A stretch of 64,000 nucleotides of DNA, from NCBI RefSeq assembly GCF_964204645.1, contig NC_134030.1, forward strand, positions 20,358,210 to 20,422,209. Reading direction: 5' to 3'. The position numbers were made by a program, and so were the translations under genes. Below the pieces are notes generated by a model that saw only the letters and a program-made list of their open reading frames with translations, had not been told where the DNA came from and ran no database searches. This stretch comes from Tubulanus polymorphus. Its lineage: Eukaryota; Animalia; Nemertea. How positions within the stretch are numbered: position 1 is the stretch's first letter; each line of letters opens with the position of its first letter. Positions 59,635 to 64,000 of the stretch are shown here, piece by piece.

Positions 59635-60892
59635 TAGTGCTTATATAGCGCCTTTCCAATGAATGCTCAAAGCGCTGTCACTCAATTATGTAACGCAGGT
59701 ACGTATTAGTCCGTGTCCTTGAACCATTACCTTCCAGCCGTGATATCTGCCTGATAATTCTTATGCAAAGTCTGCTGATTGATTGCCTAATGTCTTCTAA
59801 ACTTTTGATCTACTTGTGCTTAAGTTTGGGGGATCCATGATTGATAAAAGTATGATGATAATTGGGTTTGCACGGCCCACGCTACACACTGAAACATGCA
59901 TTAATTCGTAAGGTTAAGAGTGTTAAATATAGTGGCTACTATGATACCGACCGCTATAGTAACTATGATAGTGAAATCTGTCTGTCTTAATCATCAATTA
60001 CAATAACTTGTTCACGATTTTCGGTTCGGGAAATAATCCTCTAACTTGCTCTTACTCATCGATCCGCAAAAAAAGGTTCGAACCCCACTGGAGCCCCCTT
60101 CACAATCCGTACTTTGAAGGTGACAACGTTCGAATCTGATTGGTCCAGCTTGCATGATCCATTCATGATTCATTACCAACCAGTATCCACAAGAAATTAA
60201 TAAAGACAGAATTGATAGTAATTTACTTAAATTTGATTGAATATCAAGTACAAACTGTAGTCTAACAGTATGATCGGCAAATTACCATTACGCCATCTTT
60301 ATCAATACTGCTGACTTGACGCCAACATTTTCTGAGAAAAATTATTGTAAATCCAATTTGATGTCATTACATGTATTACTATTTCATTAGTTCGTGAAAT
60401 ACCATTATTGGGTGTATCGTTATATCTCGGCCAAATAACTACGTGGGTAACAACGGTTTTGAAACACCTGACAAACATATATATGACGTTAAGGCCATTC
60501 AAAGTTGATACCTTATTTCTCATCAAGTCGTGAAGCCGCCCACGTCACTCCCGATAGCCGATAGCCAAAATAAAAAGAAAAATATAAATGTCGAAACCCG
60601 CGTCAGATTTCTTACGATCGGTTCTTTTTTTTCTATAACACCTCACGCGCGCGTGATGACGCGTCGTATAGGGGATCTTTTTTAATGCATTTCGCTTTTA
60701 TCGATAATTAGTATTGTGTATTAGTAATGCACTTATTGAACATTTTAATTTTTCTATGATAAACAGTCAACGAAGTCGAAAAAACAGTCAACCAAGGTAA
60801 AAAATTAGCGTATATAATGTTCTTTGGTCTATTCAGAATTTAGATATGACAATAAGAATGGCATTCGCAAAATGATTGGGTATGTGACCCTG
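56990..60892 (+). repeat. Diverged tandem duplication of a 1.7-2 kb unit
   Basis: About 56995-58691 aligns collinearly with about 58975-60892 (shared acggacaatattccgatacaagagctaaacagactg, ccttccagccgtgatatctgcctgataattc, atgtgaccctg), with indels. Confidence 0.9.
59580..59634. repeat. (TAA)n microsatellite
   Basis: Directly visible. Confidence 0.95.
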
Positions 60893-61529
60893 TAGATTAT
60901 ATGCAAATGTTTGAAATTGTGTAGGTTAGATGTTATAGATAAAGAAAATAAGCAAATGAACATGTCTTGATTCTGTACACTTAAACTTTAATGGATCGAG
61001 ACTCTGAAAAACTCCCGCTCTCGTATCATATAAGTTATACACAGTGAATGATCTTTGGATTTAAAAAGAAAAACCTCCCGCCCTCGTCTCCTTGGAATAC
61101 ATGAAAATACGAGTTTATTTCCACTTTTTTATTTTAACAAAGCTCATAACCAAAATATTCTCCCGCCCTCGTCATGTCTAGAACTGAGGTCTGGATGAGA
61201 AACAAGTTATTAACTTTGATGGGCCTGGCTATTAATACTTATTGTACATTTCGTGTTTTTGCGCTTGAAGATTTCGCTTCACTAATTTGTACTGTATTTG
61301 GTGATTGATGGGGGAAATTACGGTCAGCTGACAACCTCGTTCATCACATCTACCAAAAACATTACCATTACTTTCCTTCGGTTATCTGAAATAACGAATT
61401 AAATTGTAACTTAAATCAAACTTAGATTTGCTGTATGATTTCGACACATTATATCTATATTTATATGGTGCAAAATTCAAGAAAAACGCTTGAAGAATGA
61501 CACTTTATTTTGTGTGCATTTCAGCGGAT

Positions 61530-63630
61530 CAACCGGGACCGGCGTGCTTCAACCGGGACGGTGTGTATTCAACCGGGACGGCGTGTATTCAACCGGGACG
61601 GCGTGTATTCAACCGGGACGGCGTGTATTCAACCGGGACGGTGTGAACCGGGACGGTGTCCATTCAACCGGGACAGCGTGTATTCAACCGGAGCGGCGTG
61701 TACTCAACCGGGACGGCGTGTATTCAACCGGGGCGGCGTGTATTCAACCGGGACGGTGTGTATTCAACCGGGACGGTGTGTATTCAACCGAGACTGCGTG
61801 CATTCAACCGGGACGGCGTGTATTCGACCGGGACGGCGTGTATTCGACCGGGACGGCGTGTATTCGACCGGGACGGCGTGTATTCAACCGGGACGGTGTG
61901 AACCGGGACGGTGTCCATTCAACCGGGACAGCGTGTATTCAACCGGAGCGGCGTGTATTCAACCGGGACGGCGTGTACTCAACCGGGACGGCGTGTATTC
62001 AACCGGGACGGTGTGTATTCAACCGAGACGGTGTGTATTCAACCGAGACTGCGTGCATTCAACCGGGACGGCGTGTATTCGACCGGGACGGCGTGTATTC
62101 GACCGGGACGGAGTGTATTCAACCGGGACGGCGTGAACCCGGGACGGCGTGTATTCAACCGGGACGGTGTGAACCCGGGACGGCGTGTATTCAACCGGGA
62201 CGGTGTGAACCCGGGACGGCGTGTATTCGACCGGGACGATGTGTATTCAACCGGGACAGCGTGTATTCAACCGGAGCGGCGTGTATTCAACCGGGACGGC
62301 GTGTATTCAACCGGGACGGCGTGTATTCAACCGGGGCGGCGTGTATTCAACCGGGACGGTGTGTATTCAACCGAGACGGTGTGTATTCAACCGAGACTAC
62401 GTGCATTCAACCGGGACGGCGTGTATTCGACCGGGACGGCGTGTATTCGACCGGGACGGAGTGTATTCAACCGGGACGGCGTGTACTCAAGTAGGACGGT
62501 GTGTATTCAACCGGGACGGTGTGAACCCGGGACGGCGTGTATTCAACCGGGACGGTGTGAACCCGGGACGGCGTGTATTCAACCGGGACGGTGTGAACCC
62601 GGGACGGCGTGTATTCGACCGGGACGATGTGTATTCAACCGGGACGGCGTGTATTCAAGTAGGACGGTGTGTATTCAACCGGGACGGTGTGAACCCGGGA
62701 TTCAACCGGGACGGCGTGTATTCAACCGGGACGGCGTGTATTCAACTGGGACGGCGTGTATTCAACCGGGACGGTGTGAACCCGGGACGGCGTGTATTCA
62801 ACCGGGACGGCGTGTATTCAACCGGGACGGTGTGAACCCGGGACGGCGTGTATTCAACCGGGACGGTGTGAACCCGGGACGGCGTGTATTCGACTGGGAC
62901 GATGTGTATTCAACCGGGACGGCGTGTACTCAAGTAGGACGGTGTGTATTCAACCGGGACGGTGTGAACCCGGGATTCAACCGGGACGGCGTGTATTCAA
63001 CCGGGACGGCGTGTATTCAACTGGGACGGCGTGTATTCAACCGGGACGGTGTGTATTCAACCGGGACGGCGTGTATTCAACTGGGACGGCGTGTACTCAA
63101 CCGGGACGGTGTGTATTCAACTGGGACGGCGTGTACTCAACCGGGACGGTGTGAACCCGGGACGGCGTGTATTAGAGATCCAACCGGGACGGTGTGTATT
63201 CAACCGGGACGGCGTGTACTCAAGTAGGACGGTGTGTATTCAACCGGGACGGTGTGTATTCAACCGGGACGGTGTGAACCCGGGACGGCGTGTATTCAAC
63301 CGGGACGGTGTGAACCCGGGACGGCGTGTATTCGACTGGGACGATGTGTATTCAACCGGGACGGCGTGTACTCAAGTAGGACGGTGTGTATTCAACCGGG
63401 ACGGTGTGAACCCGGGATTCAACCGGGACGGCGTGTATTCAACCGGGACGGCGTGTATTCAACTGGGACGGCGTGTACTCAACCGGGACGGTGTGTATTC
63501 AACTGGGACGGCGTGTACTCAACCGGGACGGTGTGAACCCGGGACGGCGTGTATTAGAGATTCAACCGGGACGGCGTGTATTCAACCGGGACGGCGTGTA
63601 TTCAACCGGGACGGCGTGTATTCAACCGGG
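61530..63630. repeat. GC-rich 20-bp satellite (TATTCAACCGGGACGGCGTG)n with 15/16-bp deletion variants
   Basis: About 2.1 kb of directly visible tandem units; explains all ORFs at 61490-63736. Confidence 0.98.
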
Positions 63631-64000
63631 AAATATGTCCGCAAATGTGTCAAGTATACCTCCCAGGGTAAGGTGTCACCCTGATATAAGTTGCATATTT
63701 TATAATCATATAGATCTACAACATATTATTATTTAATAATAATTAGCATGCCACACTGAATCGAAGGCTTTACGAAGATCGATGAAGCAGGTGTATAAGT
63801 TTTTAGATGATGCCAGTTTTTAGTATATGATTTAACCCGACCGAACTTAAAGCGAATTTCAACAATAGAATATCAGCTGTATTTGCCGACTTTATCACCT
63901 TAACACAAATCACTGGTCACAAACTTATTCGATTTAGAAGCGGTGTTAGGAGCCTACTGTATCTCAGTAACTGAGTATCTGTAACGAGGGTCCATATGTT

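Noticed and set aside
61530-63630. CRISPR-like array
   Set aside because: Repeats are contiguous with no unique spacers, and the DNA is eukaryotic.
61490-63736. Overlapping ORFs up to 438 aa (YSTGTACIQPGRRVFNRDGV repeats)
   Set aside because: Translation of a stop-free 20-bp satellite, open in all three frames; no evidence of a gene.

Overview
Intron-rich, AT-rich animal genomic DNA, most likely a marine invertebrate (lophotrochozoan is my inference; the species cannot be read from the sequence). The left half holds two intact spliced transcription-factor genes on the + strand: a 16-exon TFCP2/LSF/UBP1-family gene (3409-21589, 534 aa by my splice) and a 9-exon MLX gene (26125-31481, 265 aa). 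Their introns contain many MITEs, tRNA-derived SINEs, minisatellites and minimal hammerhead-ribozyme motifs. The right half is an unstable duplicated region. It contains an apparently intact, very young BEL/Pao LTR retrotransposon (33898-40152), decayed receptor genes (CUB/C-type-lectin/LDLa ectodomain; a class-A GPCR fragment), a 2-kb tandem duplication and a 20-bp satellite. The main candidate discovery is a pair of small spliced genes (44789-45255 and 51477-51942) that the ORF track mis-starts. Each encodes a 66-aa precursor: signal peptide, short propeptide ending in KR, and a 36-aa cationic six-cysteine peptide (CxC..CC..CC) resembling sea-anemone APETx/BDS beta-defensin-fold toxins but with a shifted third cysteine. 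All exon models and comparisons were made by eye; no searches were run.
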